The position numbers and the translations under genes were made by a program. The notes under the pieces were generated by a model, which had not been told where the DNA came from, did no database searches, and saw only the letters and a list, made by a program, of their open reading frames with translations. Below are positions 13,201 to 26,300 of a DNA stretch of 64,000 bases, piece after piece. Positions within the stretch are counted from its first letter, which is position 1, and the number at the start of each line of letters is the position of its first letter. This DNA comes from Ophelia neglecta (lineage: Eukaryota): NCBI GenBank assembly GCA_965285935.1, contig OZ260664.1, positions 19,158,001 through 19,222,000 of the forward strand. The letters are read 5' to 3'.

Positions 13201-15628
13201 TCAGCGTGTATGAAGCTTTCTGCTCTCGGTCCAACTGCTGTGTGGTGGAAATCCACCCCGTGCTTATGTCAATAACAAATTTTTGATCAGCTCCTGAGCT
13301 AAATGCATACAGAATCTGTCCGTTGGTACCTGAATCTTTATCAGTTGCTTTTACCTGTACTATGGACGTATGTGCTGGTTTGTTCTCTAAAACACTTGCA
13401 TAGTACTTGACAGGGTAGAAAATAGGATAATTGTCATTGATATCTGTGATATTCACAAACACCGTCGTGGAAGATTGCTGGCTTGGAGAGCCCTGATCTA
13501 TGGCTTTCACTTTGATTTCAAAACGAGAGAACTGCTCATGGTCGAGGGTCTTCACATTGCTGATTCTACCTGAGATCTGATTGATTTGGAACATACCTGG
13601 ATATAATTCCTCAACTTCTGGATCAAGCATGTATCGAATAGATCCATTCTTGCCCATGTCATTGTCCTGGGCAGTTACTGTCACTATTGAAGTGGCCACA
13701 GGCACTTCCTCCTGAAATGTAGCAAAGTAACTGTCTTTTGAAAATGTTGGTACCTCATCGTTCTCATCCCAAATGGTCACAGTCAGATTTGTAAAAGACA
13801 CATACGGATTTGTTCCACCGTCCGTTGCACTTATTTTGAGCACAATAGTTGACCTGCTTTCCCTGTCAAGTTCATTTTGAGTGGTGACAAGGCCTGTATT
13901 GTTGTCAATTTTAAACCATTCCAAATCATTCCCTGATAGAATATTGTATGTTATTTGTGCATTTATTCCAGTGTCATTATCAGTGGCAGTTATGCCTGCC
14001 ACAAAGCTGCCGATGGGCACTAATTCACTGAGCTGAGCACTGTAGGAAGGGTATTGGAAGATGGGCTCATGGTCATTAATATCATTGACCATAACAATCA
14101 GGAAGGCTGTAGAACTACGAGTAGGAGCCCCAAGGTCCTTGGCTTCCAAAGTCAAGTTGTATTTTGGAATCTTTTCTCGGTCGAGCTGGCCAGCGACTTT
14201 TACGAAACCATAAGCTGCGGTGCCAATGATTGTTGGAGGGTCCATTTTGAAATGACCTAATTCGTTGCCTTTGGTGATAGAAAATGTCGTTTTCCCATTC
14301 AAGCCGTCATCTAGGTCAGTCACTGTTACTATGACTACGACACTGTTAATTTTTGCGCCTTCATCCACGGTGGCATAGGGCGTTCCTTCGGGGATGTAGC
14401 GGAATGTGATGACCGGGTTATGAGTATTTTCATCCATTAGACTTACTGTGACATATGCCCTGCCCTTTAGAGGGTAAGGTCTTCCATTGTCGCTCGCCTC
14501 CACAGTCACCACACAGCTCTTCGGCTTACAATTTGGATCTCCAGCCAGACAGGTACGCTCGCAAAATAGCTTTTTTAGAATGGAAATGACCCCGGTTTTT
14601 GGATCAACAGTAAACTGGTCATGATCATCATTGACAATACTGTAGGTAATATCACTGTTAGCGCCTTTATCTCGGTCTGTGGCTTGCACCTGTATCAGGG
14701 ATGTCCCCATGGGCGCCGTCTCGTTGACAGTAGTGGAATAATCGCTCTGGTCAAACAGCGGTGGATTGTCGTTGAAATCTTCGATGGTTATGTTCACTTC
14801 TAAATAGCCATACTTGACAGGGCTGCCTCCGTCTTGTGACGATATGTTGAGCTGGTAAAACGCTTTCTCCTCTCGGTCTAACTCCACTGTGTTCTCAAGG
14901 TACAACACAGGCTTGGAGGTTTCCGTCAATAAAACAAGCCTGAATTTTCCCTCTTCGTTGCCTGAGATAATGTGATATTCGTTTGTAACTCCATTTTTAC
15001 TGCTATCTTTGTCAGTTGCTGTGTCTAATATCACTTGGCTGCCTGGTTGGTCAGTTTCACTAAAGGAGAGTTTGATACTGGGTTGGCTGAATAAAGGATG
15101 ATTATCATTGATATCAAGTACAGTGATTCTAACTTCTATAAGGTGCCGTGCAGAGGGGACACTAGTGATAAACAAATCTATTGAATCATCCTTTAATTTT
15201 TCACGATCCACCTCAGATTTGGTGGTAATCCTACCATTTTCAGCATCCAGATGAAATTCTGGCGGTTCTTCACTGAATTTATATTTCAGTCCTTGCCTTG
15301 TAGGGATTGTCCCTACGAGTGTTCCTATGGCTACCCCCTCTTTGACGGTGAAGGAGACCCTCTCGTCCACAGGAGCAGGGCCACTGCCACCGTGCCCCTG
15401 CCCCTGGGCAAACGTGAGCAGAAACAATTGGAGATACAACATAATAGGCACTGTAGCATGGCGAATTATCCTTAGTCTCACCGCCTTTCGGCTTCGAGTC
15501 CGACCACAGCACGCCATATTTGCTGCAGTGTTAGTCCTATTCAACTGCATGGCTGTTTTCGGATGTGTTTCGTGCCATGCGATTTCATTGGCATTCACCT
15601 GGAGCATTACCTGTTCTGCTAACTCCAT
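10283..15628 (-). CDS. FAT4: Protocadherin Fat4 / Drosophila fat orthologue, giant first coding exon (1782 codons: signal peptide, 15 complete cadherin repeats and most of EC16); gene continues beyond the left edge
   Basis: ORF with repeated DxNDNxPxF, LDRE and AxDxG cadherin motifs. EC1-2 (GTLVGTIPTRQGLKYKFSEEPPEF...IEVRITVLDINDN...QVILDTATD...IISGNEEGKFRL) matches recalled Fat/FAT4 N-termini rather than Dachsous. The exon ends at ATG|GTGAGT (donor 10282-10281, phase 0), so the last 18 aa of the ORF-track protein are intronic read-through. Confidence 0.93.
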
Positions 15629-16099
15629 TCTGATACCTATGTGAAGGTGATTCTCAGGTAAATCCTAATGCTTTTCGGCCTATGATTGTTCCAAATACTC
15701 CCGATTCTGTACTGATATCCCATAACTTCACGGCGTTCCCATGTTGCAGTTTTAATCACTTGTGTATTCCGTGTGTGTTTTCACAACTGAGTTTGCACAT
15801 GAAGACTCTAGAGCACCTCGTCTGGGGTCGACAGTGCGGAACGCTTTTGGAAGCCACACAGTTCTAAGCGAAGTCAATCGACTGTAAATATTGCCTAAAA
15901 TCCAGTTTGCCGACACAGAAACATTGTACGTGTATGTCCAAATTGAAGAAGAATTGAACTAAATCCCTTAGCTAGCGTTCGCTTCATTCTTCAACATTCG
16001 ATGCGGGTGAAAATCACAGTTTATCATGATGTCTTCAAACAGTCTATCGCTCCCGCAGCATGCAATAGCAGGTTTCCGTCTCTGAAAGCATTCTCAGCT

Positions 16100-16180
16100 A
16101 CCAAAGGGTGACGTCACTAAGCTCCGCCTTCTCGGTGCACATTGGCAGGTGTAGTGCGAGGTGCGAGAACCGGCCAATTC
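16100..16180 (-). promoter_or_regulatory. Putative Fat4 proximal promoter (CRE, GC box, CCAAT boxes)
   Basis: Palindromic GTGACGTCAC at 16108-16117, GGCGGAG (minus) at 16122-16128, ATTGG at 16141-16145 and CCAAT at 16174-16178, in a CpG-rich stretch about 0.5 kb upstream of the first ATG. Confidence 0.6.
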
Positions 16181-18539
16181 TTTTCTAGGGGTGGTAGGTT
16201 TTACCTACTTCAGCAAAATCACTTCGGAACTTTTATTATAAGCTGCTATACTGTTTCTCATTAGAATTTATCGTTAAACCTATTATACAGGTACCCTGTT
16301 AAAAAAGGACAGTGTATCTACAAGAAAATCAAAAAATTGCGACCATACTCGGAAATAAATCCGAAGGGTGTAGAAGGACTATCCCTCACCCAAATGGGTA
16401 GACTGTTCCTCCAAACAAAAACAAAAGCCAGGTTTCAAAGTAAAGTCGTGCCGAAGCGTCCCCTGGCGAATAAGATAGAACCAATTGTCCAGACTACTGA
16501 CTTTTTAAGTAGTTCGGTATCGGGTTATCCGTCATTGGCATACTACTAGAATTATAGTATGGCCAGCATTCGTCATGTAGGTCTTTGAATAAAAGAGAAA
16601 GGTATTTTAACTCAAATGGCTTATAAATTCCATGTCCACCATCGATGAGCATATTTATTTAAAGCTGGTTAGCTCGGTTTTAATGGACAATATCTTTAGT
16701 GTTTTGATGAAAAAGCATTAACAGCCTTTATTTTTTAGCATTAAACCAATCAACAAATTAAATTGTATAGATCTACCATGATCTTTTAGGGAAATTGCAC
16801 CTGCATGGATATAATCACATTTTACAATGCACAAAAAGGTACACATAAAAGTAAACAGAAGTAGGAGAGTATTGATTTTAAACCCATACATTATGTTGTA
16901 AATAACAGAAATTTAGTACTGATCATGCGGGGCTACTTTCATTACTGGACGCAGATTGGTGCAAAACACGTAAAAGATAATGTTAACCAGAATATGCTCG
17001 AGACAGGAAATGTACGTAGTTTTGGAATAGAGCCTTAATGTGGCACACTATATATTTGAGAATCAGCTTCATGTGGATATCAGTTGCTGAGTTGTAACCT
17101 CTACAACCCACACCCGGGACATTTATAGGAAAAACTTTCTTTGTGATGACTGGATTTATCCAGAAAACCCCCAACACGGAGATAATTTTGATAGGAATTC
17201 CCCCGCCGCAAGGGAACATAACTTTGTTCGTTTATTTTCTTTAAGAAAGAGATGGGGGGAGGGGGGGGGGGCGATAATCGGCGCATTGCTCAAGTGATTG
17301 ACCTTCCTAATTGATAAAAAGTTCCCACAGGGAGAGGTCTGATGAGAATTTTGAGGAAGTTACGAAAATCGCGAACATTTCCTTGGTTTTAAAGCACATA
17401 TATTTTGAACAAAGAGTAACGGTGTTCGAGATATGATAAAGCATCAAGTATCATTGTCCAATATTTAACTGTAATACTTTTAAAGAGCAGTTTAATAGGA
17501 TTAAGACATGCAATACTACAAGTATATACTGAGTTAGCTGGAATTATTTGTAAACCGACAAGACAAGCGGGGAAATAAATGATTTAGATCTATTTGATAA
17601 CACTTATTTGTCACAAATGCTAACTGTGTAATCTAATTGACGTTAAACTATTCTACGGCAAAGCTTTTATTGTCACAATTTAGCTAGTTTATGCGGGCTA
17701 CAATCATGTCAGGAGAAATCGTAGACAGATTGGACCGTCTAGGCCCTATCCTTTAACTTTATTTGGGACAATTGCAGTAATGAAGTAAATAAAGATAAAC
17801 GGGTCATAGAGAGAGTAAGACGAAGGGTCATGATAAAAGATTAATAAAACCAAGGATTAAAGCAGACGATATGGAGCTGTCGTTTCCAGTGGTTGGCATT
17901 TTTGGGAAAGGATGGACATGCATCTGTTAGATCTGAGAGTAGTAATATATTTGTTCTACCCCCTAGTAAGATTCATTCCTGACTTTTAGCGTAAAAAACT
18001 ACATGTGAGACAAACTTGTCAGTATTCCAGAGTAGCGATGGATTTGAAGAGCTAAGGGGAATGGATGGATACTTCCCGTCTTGAAAAAATGTACATAAAA
18101 TAAGAAACATGGTTATTATTATTGCCAAACTTAGTAGAACTAAGTTCAACTACAGGTAGGCCTACCAATGAAACATTATTTTTCTGTACTAGCATAAGCA
18201 TGAAATTATTGGGGTATTTTCTTCGATGTGAACTGACTAGACTGTGATATATGTACCAGGGTCCACACATTTGGAATTGTTTGCCGCTGGAGTTACGGGC
18301 ATTACTTCTTATCATAGTTTTAAAAAAGCTTTGAAGATGTTTAATGAGATTGGCGTAGGCTTATATAGAATATCATTTCACGCCGGTGCGTATGAGATTG
18401 GTTCTTATATACTGATACATGCTGGCCACCTAAAGGCAGGAGATTTATATTCAAAATACTCTTGTAAGCAAATAATGTAATTTTTATTATTATGTTTTTT
18501 CAGTTTTACCCATGATTCATTTGATTCTAATGAATGATA

Positions 18540-19900
18540 TAAATTTTGTGTCGGGAATCAATAGGGCGTCTTACAGGTCAGGCGAGTGAAAGTCGGGTGG
18601 CACTAACTACAATTATTCCAGGATTTGACACAATAATTCACCAATCTTTGCGTCAGTTAACGAGTCTGTACTGGTCACGCAGAAATCATAGAGGGAATAT
18701 TGCTTCAAGTGGACATATAGATGTTATTTGTGAAAATAGGAACATTCTTGCAGACGAGGCTTTGGAGCAATCCACAAGATTGTGCCAGGCATTGAACATA
18801 CTTTTTACAACAAAATACAACTTAGTTTAATAGACGAAATAAGAAAGCTTGTGTGGAGGACTTCATAGCACCAGCGGTGCCACAATAGAAAGACCTATAT
18901 TGAACTTTAATGAATCTATGAACAGGAGTTTTGAGACAGAAATCATACAGAATGACAATATTGAGGCTATTAAAGTAGCGTTTGGATTTGAAAATTCAAA
19001 AACTGCAGAATAAGAATAAAACCTGAAAGAAGAAAAGCCACAATGCAAAAGTTTCTTTCAGTAATAATCAACAAAGGCGGACAGTTGCTGACACGTCACC
19101 TGATATCAGTCCAGGCAGAGCACAAACAATTCAGCAAGCTGTGATAAACCAGAACACAGCGCCGAAAGGAAAAACAGCCTATCACCGGTAGTAAAAAGAC
19201 CGATTCATCCACAAAGGAGAACCAATTAACGCTCAACGATCGGGGTCGCGCGCCGACAAACACACAGCCTGATGTTGACCTTAGTCGTCTGTTGGCTCAG
19301 AGGGACCATTATGTAATACAGAGGCCCGGAGCTCAATGTAATACTCGCCTGGCTGGTCAGGAATTCCCCCTTTGACCCTAAACAAAGTGCCCAGAAGCCT
19401 CCGACGAGTAAGAAAAACTAAGGATCCGTGGGCGGGAGTCACGTCCAGGCAAACGCGAAAGAATTTGGGCCGATCGGGCATAGAAACAAGTGTTCCCGTG
19501 TTTCTACATAGAACGCAACCAGAATAGCATCGAGTTTATCCTATATGTGACACATTCAAAAACATTGGTCTATACCCCAAAATCTTCAGTAAAGCAACTG
19601 ACCGGTAGGCCTAAAACACAAGAATAAGGTACCACTCTCTATGTAAAACATATCGCGGTTGGCATCGATGACAAAGACGATTTAGTTCTTAACGAAGTAC
19701 GAAATTACGCCAATAGCAAAAGACTTCATGTGATGTCTGGAAAAGTAAATCGAAATAATTATAACGAGCTATCGGAAGGATCCAACATTTATGTTCCGGG
19801 GTTCTTGGGGTAGGAGGCAAGATCGAATGCATAAGGATAGGAGCGACGTGGTAGAGAACAGAGACGAGTGGAATTCTAGGGACACTTCTGATAAGCATTA
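18540..19900 (+). mobile_element. Decayed CR1/L2-type LINE ORF1 remnant (boundaries approximate)
   Basis: The frame from 19628 reads GTTLYVKHIAVGIDDKDDLVLNEVRNYANSKRLHVMSGKVNRNNY...IYVP, resembling a recalled invertebrate LINE ORF1 C-terminus; many stops upstream. Confidence 0.5.
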
Positions 19901-20567
19901 TGCCTGGCTTAACAGAAGTAGGGCCTATAGACTTAAATGTAAATAGAACTTAAGACTTTGTGAAGGCATAGAGCTCTATATGTAAATAGAACTTAATATG
20001 TGAACATTTGTTTAAGTTATGGATATAGTTCTAACTGACTCTGGCGAGTTGGTTCTAACGTCTGATATAGATGGGGAGATGCATGAGAGGTAGCAAGTGG
20101 CGGCACAGGGTGGAACTGGGGCGGTCTGTGGGGCAGGTGCATGCTTTGCTGGAGCATTTATGTATCCTATATTTTTGGCGTGGCGCACTGATGACCATTG
20201 TTCGACGTTGCTTACAATTAGTACTAACTTGTTTGCGTCACAACATAAATTCAATGATTGAAATATATGCCTTCCTCTTTAGAACTATCTACGCATGCTC
20301 CAAGTGGGCAAAAATGACCGACATTTTACAAATAGGCCTTCTACTCTACTGGAAACTCGGAGTGTGATTTATTTGTCATTTTACAGACAAAATTATCAAA
20401 CTTACATTACCACAAATAGATTCAAAGCTAAGTACATTTCAACACTTATCGGTCATATCAAAAGAAATAACAAAATGGACAGGGTTAAGCATGTAACAGA
20501 TGTGGTGTACGTGTACCAGCAATCAGGACTTGGTGCAAGGTGGTAACTAGGGTGTACTGTGGGGGAA

Positions 20568-22489
20568 ATGGCATCGTTCTTCTTCCCCTTCTTGTGTTTA
20601 GTAGGCATTTATTTAGCATCGGCTCATCCCTTAATTCACAGAGACAGAATTCCAGATGGATTCAATGTTCCGAACCCTTGTCACCCCACATTAACATGGG
20701 ATGTGGTGGGCCATAAGCAGATGGCCGGAGGAGGCTAGAGGAACCCTTTTGGAGAGGTAAGTTTTGACTATCGGTTGAAATTCAAACTGTCATACCCCCT
20801 ATGCCTTACATATACTTAGCATTTTCTTACCTTAAATTATCACGACTTTTCCCCTATCAAATGGGGTTATCTTCAAATCAGTCCTTTTTTCACAGTTATG
20901 CTATCAAATGGGTTAGCACATTTGTATGTCTTATTTTTCTCTTGATAGAGCATAGACCATACTCTGAGATTGTAAAAACTAGTTACATGTATGGCTGTGG
21001 TTCACATTAAAATACGCCGAGGTTTGCCAAGGATAGAATTTCTGCCGATTTTTTCCATCAAAGGCGTACACTTTTTTGAAAAATATCTATTAAAAGGCTA
21101 GCTTTTTTGAAAAATTTCTATCAGTTGGGCACATTTTTTAAAGGATTTTCTGTCACAATGACCCCCATATTCAAAGCTGCGGGGAGCACCTCCACCATAA
21201 AATATTGAAAGTACCCCCTACCCCGGGTTTTAGATATTAAGAGTTAGCACTGTAATGTGAAGTATGCTGCTTTGGCGTAATTGGTTCAACCTGGCTTGTG
21301 TGTGTGTGTGGTCAAGTGTAAATAAGAAATATGCCTAGATGTTCTACTACTATACGTGTAACGTAAAAGCAGTCTTAATAATCAAATATATATTTTGATA
21401 CTCCTACTTTCTAACTATTTCTACGCCCTTTTCATTGATCGCACAGCATCGGAAAAAGTCCCTATTTGATAGGGAGAACGTCATTTGTTTAGTCGTTTTA
21501 TTTTGCGCAAAGATGAGCCGATGTTTAGTCGAGAATTTATCTCCAGATAATATATTTGGATTGACTCACAATCTTTCCTTTTTCCAGAGCGCCATTTAAA
21601 AAAGTTTAAATGGTCATAACTAAGATGTTAATGATATGATTTGACTAAAAAAAATGTGGCCATACAGAATATCCTTCAAAACAAAATAAAAATAAAGTCC
21701 ACGTGAGTGAGTTATCTAGGTCACATTAAAATAGATTAGATAGGTGTTTCTACTGTTGGACACTCTGGTGTGGTTAAATGTACCAGTAAGGTATTTTTAT
21801 TTACGTTGTGAAGATAACACGCTGTTTTTGACCCTGGATGCCTCGTTATCTCTCATGAAACAGATTAGCAATGTTTTAGATTGTTGTTGTTGTTGTTTGG
21901 GGTTTTACGTGCCTTTCAACACTTATCGGTCATATCGCCACGATGCAATTTTCTAGAAAATGACATGATCTTTGTATCTAGGTTAAACTAACGTTCAATT
22001 AGGTATTATAAATGTGTTTCCATGGTTAGATAAGATATAGCTGCAGGTCACATCGAAAAATAATAACTGTATGACAAAATACTTAAAGTACCGCTTATGA
22101 ACCACAACAGAACACAGTACCTTTTCCTGAAAGAAGTTCCCAAACTAAATATATCTAATCATATATTGAACTCAAGCTGGTTGGTGGAATTCATATTTGC
22201 TCCTCGAGATATTATATTCAGGACTGCAACCCTTCCTTGTATTAAGGAGAGAAACAAAATCCTTTTTCATATATATTTTCAAGAAATGAGGGATAATGTT
22301 TTTCAATAAAGAATTCATCAGTCCGTGTGTCTATAGGCTATATTGTAGTATTATGCGGTCAACAAGGAGCAGGAGGTTAAGTCAGCTTGACTCTGACCTG
22401 GACAGGAGGACGTACGGGAGGAATTAGAGGACCCTGGGTGTACCTGGACCCCAGGCCAAACTCCACCCCTGCCCACCTCTCGCATCAAG
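20568..22489 (+). pseudogene. Temptin-like pseudogene, two exons (20568-20756 and 22349-22489), inverted relative to the monooxygenase
   Basis: Exon 1 reads MASFFFPFLCLVGIYLASAHPLIHRDRIPDGFNVPNPCHPTLTWDVVGHKQMAGGG*RNPFGE|gtaag, with an in-frame TAG at 20736-20738. Exon 2 aligns to 27610-27460 (QLDSDLD..., DPGCTWTPG) but has about 3 frameshifts. AATAAA at 22739-22744. Confidence 0.88.
21881..21943 (-). mobile_element. SINE 3'-tail fragment
   Basis: (TTG)n tail followed by GGGGTTTTACGTGCCTTTCAACACTTATCGGTCATATCG; the core TTTCAACACTTATCGGTCATATC recurs near 20437-20460. Confidence 0.5.
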
Positions 22490-23116
22490 GTAAACACAGA
22501 CCTACTGGTCGCAGAAATCCACATACCCTTAATTTATATAGTTTGGGCAGTTGTTTTAGAGTTACAAATTACTGCGCTTATTTCGAACCCCACCTCCTGG
22601 GCATTTTGACAAGTGTAAAGATCTGTCTCTAATTTTGGGGAGAGAATTAAATAGGGTTTTAACGGGTCGGAAACCTTATTTTTCCACCCTTGGAAGGTTC
22701 TCCTAAATGTACACTACTTTTCAGTTCTCCACTCAATCAATAAACAGGCATTATCACATTTAGTTACACCTATTTTATCCACTATTAATCATATGATTAT
22801 AACAATTTCATCGATTTTTTAACAGCTACAGTTGATCTGACTCGCATCACGGAAAACTGTTGAATATTTCTTATTCCAAGTGATATCAATATTTTTTGGA
22901 ACGTATTATTTTGTTGCTTCTTTTGTTTTTTACCGTTTCATAGATTGAGAGCTATTCTGGATCGTAAACAAATTAAATGAATGAATTATAGTTTTTGTAA
23001 TCTTATCATGAAAATGTCAGTTCAGTTGAATTTGATGGTATAACACAATTGGATTTTAAAAATCAGACCTTTGCCATTATTGGGCTGATCAAATATAAAA
23101 CCACACTGCCATTAAG

Positions 23117-23353
23117 TTAATAAAATATAATGGCCAGTACGACACCTAAGAAAGTAGGGAGAATTGGTCGTTTCAGCATTGTGCTCCCACTGCGTACAGA
23201 CATACTACATTCAAGAGGTGAAGGCGGGTTAAACGAATCGCCGAGCAATGCTACATGTGATGTAGTGTGTTCTTCGTTACACTGCAAGTAACCTGCGATG
23301 AAAGGCTCAAACTGCTTCTTTAACGGTGTGTACCGCAGTTTCTCTACTAGGTT
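23117..23353 (-). CDS. Monooxygenase last exon: GPI-type or membrane-anchor tail and stop
   Basis: cag|NLVEKLRY...VRSGSTMLKRPILPTFLGVVLAIIFY*. Small-residue SGS site, a spacer, then a terminal hydrophobic stretch. Confidence 0.8.
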   Translation of the reverse strand, partial: NLVEKLRYTPLKKQFEPFIAGYLQCNEEHTTSHVALLGDSFNPPSPLECSMSVRSGSTMLKRPILPTFLGVVLAIIFY

Positions 23354-26300
23354 CTGCAAGAATTTTTTTTTCAAATTTAGAAGTAAAAAAAGGCATAACA
23401 CCGTGGTTTATCCAATCACATGCTTAAACCTTTGGAAGAACGTACAGTTTAAATATAAGAACATTCAGTAAGTTCACAGCAGGCATATCAGTTGGACAGT
23501 ATGCAACTCATTTACTCATCGCAATACTTACTCTTGCGCAAGGGAGATACTCAAGTACACTGATATAATCTCGGCAGCCAAGATCACAACGCCCGAAAGC
23601 ACACAGACCACTTATTCTAAGGTAAGAGTTTAAATCCCTGAACAGCTCGTAGGTTTCGCAGGCCTTACAGTCTGTATGGAGGAAACACTTCGTTAAATTA
23701 ACCGTGTCGCATAGAAGTATTCTTATATAGTTAACATATACATGATAAAATATTTAAGTAATGTTTTAGAAAACCTTCAGTGTGACGGAAGGGGTAATCT
23801 GGAATGCCATCTTTACACATCGTCCTGTCGCCGGCGCCGGTACAGAAGAAGCTTGGTATGGTGGGGTCCCCAGGGTAGTAAGACAGGAACACAAAACACA
23901 TCTCATCCTGTAATATAGGACAGAAACATGATTTAATCCTGGTGAGAGTAAGATAGTCTTACTATAACATCACATCTTGTAATAGGACATCGGGCTTAAA
24001 ACAAGCCTGCTCCAGCCCATCACAGTAGGGCAGGGGTAAAGACCTCAAACCACCTTAAATCGAAAGATAACTGAAAGAAAAAGTGAACTAGTACTTAAAA
24101 TCAGAATTGGGAAAACTCATCAACGTAATTCTTTAACACACTACAATAAAACTCGACGTCATCAGTAGGCCTTTCACAAATATACTGGATGAGCGAAAAA
24201 ACACGTCAATACTCTAAACCATATGCTAGTTAAGGGCTCAATACGCGTCGAGATCGTTCTCAATAGCAGGAAAGGAGAAATCACACCACGCCATCACCGT
24301 TTGTCAAATGACATGAAACGACACGCTATTGAAGCGGTTATTATAAAATATAATATGTATGTATAAGAAATATTTTTCTGGTAGGTGACAAAGTGGGACA
24401 ATAAATAGTATCCCCAGCGTGCCGAATGGTACACGGGGTGAGGGTGGGGCCAGAGAGGATGGGGAGGAAAGAAACGATGTACAAGGCGGGAACACTGTAC
24501 TAAGCAGAGGCAAAATCATAGAATCTCTACACATTTGTTGTTAACAAAAAAGAAAGGGCGACCCCTTGAAATAAAATACAGTTTCTACCCTGTATTTACC
24601 GATGTGTTGGGCCCAAAACGTGTTGTTGTCTCCCTCCTTCGGCTGCCATCCAGACTGTTGTAATTACAATAAACCTCAATCTCGTCACCTTAAAACAAAC
24701 ATCGAAAGAGTTACGAATGTAATAGTAAAAAAATACAGTTACAAGAGGAAGAATACAAGTAAGCCTCTCGTGAACATTTGGTAACTTTACAAGCATCGTG
24801 TGTATATGAAATCTAATTGAACCGTCTACTTATGGCAATGGAATTCAACCATAGTGCCAGTCGTTTATTCCATATTTATTTCAATACCGCTAGTTCAAAT
24901 ATAGTAATTTCTGGAAAGAAAACAATCCCAAAGGTCGGTGCATGTAAGGCTACCTGGCTGAAAGTCTAATGGCGTCTCAAACACCTTCATCACCGGACTG
25001 TCATAGTCGTAGTAGTCCAAAGTGTAAATCGTCCGCAAAAACTCGCCGTTTCTGAATTGTTCGGCCTTGCCACTGGAGCCTACAGTGGGTATAAAGGGAA
25101 ATTGGCCTGCTTAGACATGGAACCAGAAGCACTTTAATTTTTTACTAGTCATTGCTATAATAAATTATATTTTCTAATCATGATACGTCTGACACAGAGG
25201 CGCAAAGAACTGTTTCATAATATTGAAGCAGCGAAAAGATGATCACCAAGGTAGTGCATATGTAACCATGCCGATGTAATGTTGTAGGTGGGTCTCGCTA
25301 GTCGATTGGTACACTGGCTGTCGCACAGTCCAGTGTATGGAGTCAGTGCGGTTAATGGTGGGATGAGAAGGTTTATTTGGCCAAACATTGCGATTTGTTC
25401 GTTGTATGGTCTCAGCTGCTCAGTGTAAAATACCCGTAGGCCGCTTGCATCTGAGGTTGAATATAAGGCACAGAATGTAAAACAAATTTCTTAATATTAT
25501 CAGATTCAACCATTAAAATATGTTTACACTAGTTAAGAACGTTGGATGATCGCAGCTGGTCCTAATAGCCAAGAGATTTTGTAAGTGAACAAATATAATG
25601 CATCTTATAATATAATAAGTTTCGAGGCCAACTTAGACACGTAGATTACTTGAGAAGTAAACGTATAAACACAGAAAGCGGCAACTCGTGTGTGCATTTT
25701 AATATGTGTATGACTACCTACCTGTCCAGTCGCTGCGAAGCTCCGGATTGGTCCAATGTAGTTGCATAGCAACATAATTGAAGGTTCCTTTTCCAAACGG
25801 TACACCGACATCCTCCTTGAGACAATAGCCATCCATGCCAAGACTCCACACCTGTATCATATCTCGACAGCCATAGATCGTCATACCACACTCTACCGGG
25901 GGGTCCTGGGATCATTATGTTGTGAACGTCAGGTAAAATGCTATCGAGACATACAGTGAAACCTGTGAATTAAGACCACCAAAGGGATTGGAAATATTGG
26001 TCTGATTTCAAAGGCGGTCTGTTTAGACAGGTTATTTAACATTGAAAGTATACAACATGATCCTCATATTAGTGGTCTGAATTTGGCAGGTGGTCTGATT
26101 ATAGAGGTGATCTTTAAGGCAGGTTTCACTGTACTTGAAAGTTTCATATCAAATTTTGCTGAAGCATCAAAAGCTCTAGGCAGCAAATCATTGTTAGTAA
26201 ACCAACCATGAAAACAATTACATATCCGTAACTTTATCGCTTACGTTTTCTGGAGAACCCTCAAAGTCGGTCCGACACCCAAAGAGGGCAATGTGATGGA

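Noticed and set aside
10283-15628. Dachsous/DCHS1 assignment
   Set aside because: The N-terminal repeats match recalled Fat/FAT4 sequence (GTIPT..., VILDTATD, EC3 Cys insert, FRYIP...ATVDE) better.
10390-15644. Short overlapping and antisense ORFs within the Fat4 exon
   Set aside because: Shadow ORFs of a long coding sequence with no motifs of their own.
20736-20738. TAG recoding (pyrrolysine or programmed read-through) in temptin exon 1
   Set aside because: Animals lack Pyl machinery, and the partner exon is frameshifted; pseudogenisation is simpler.
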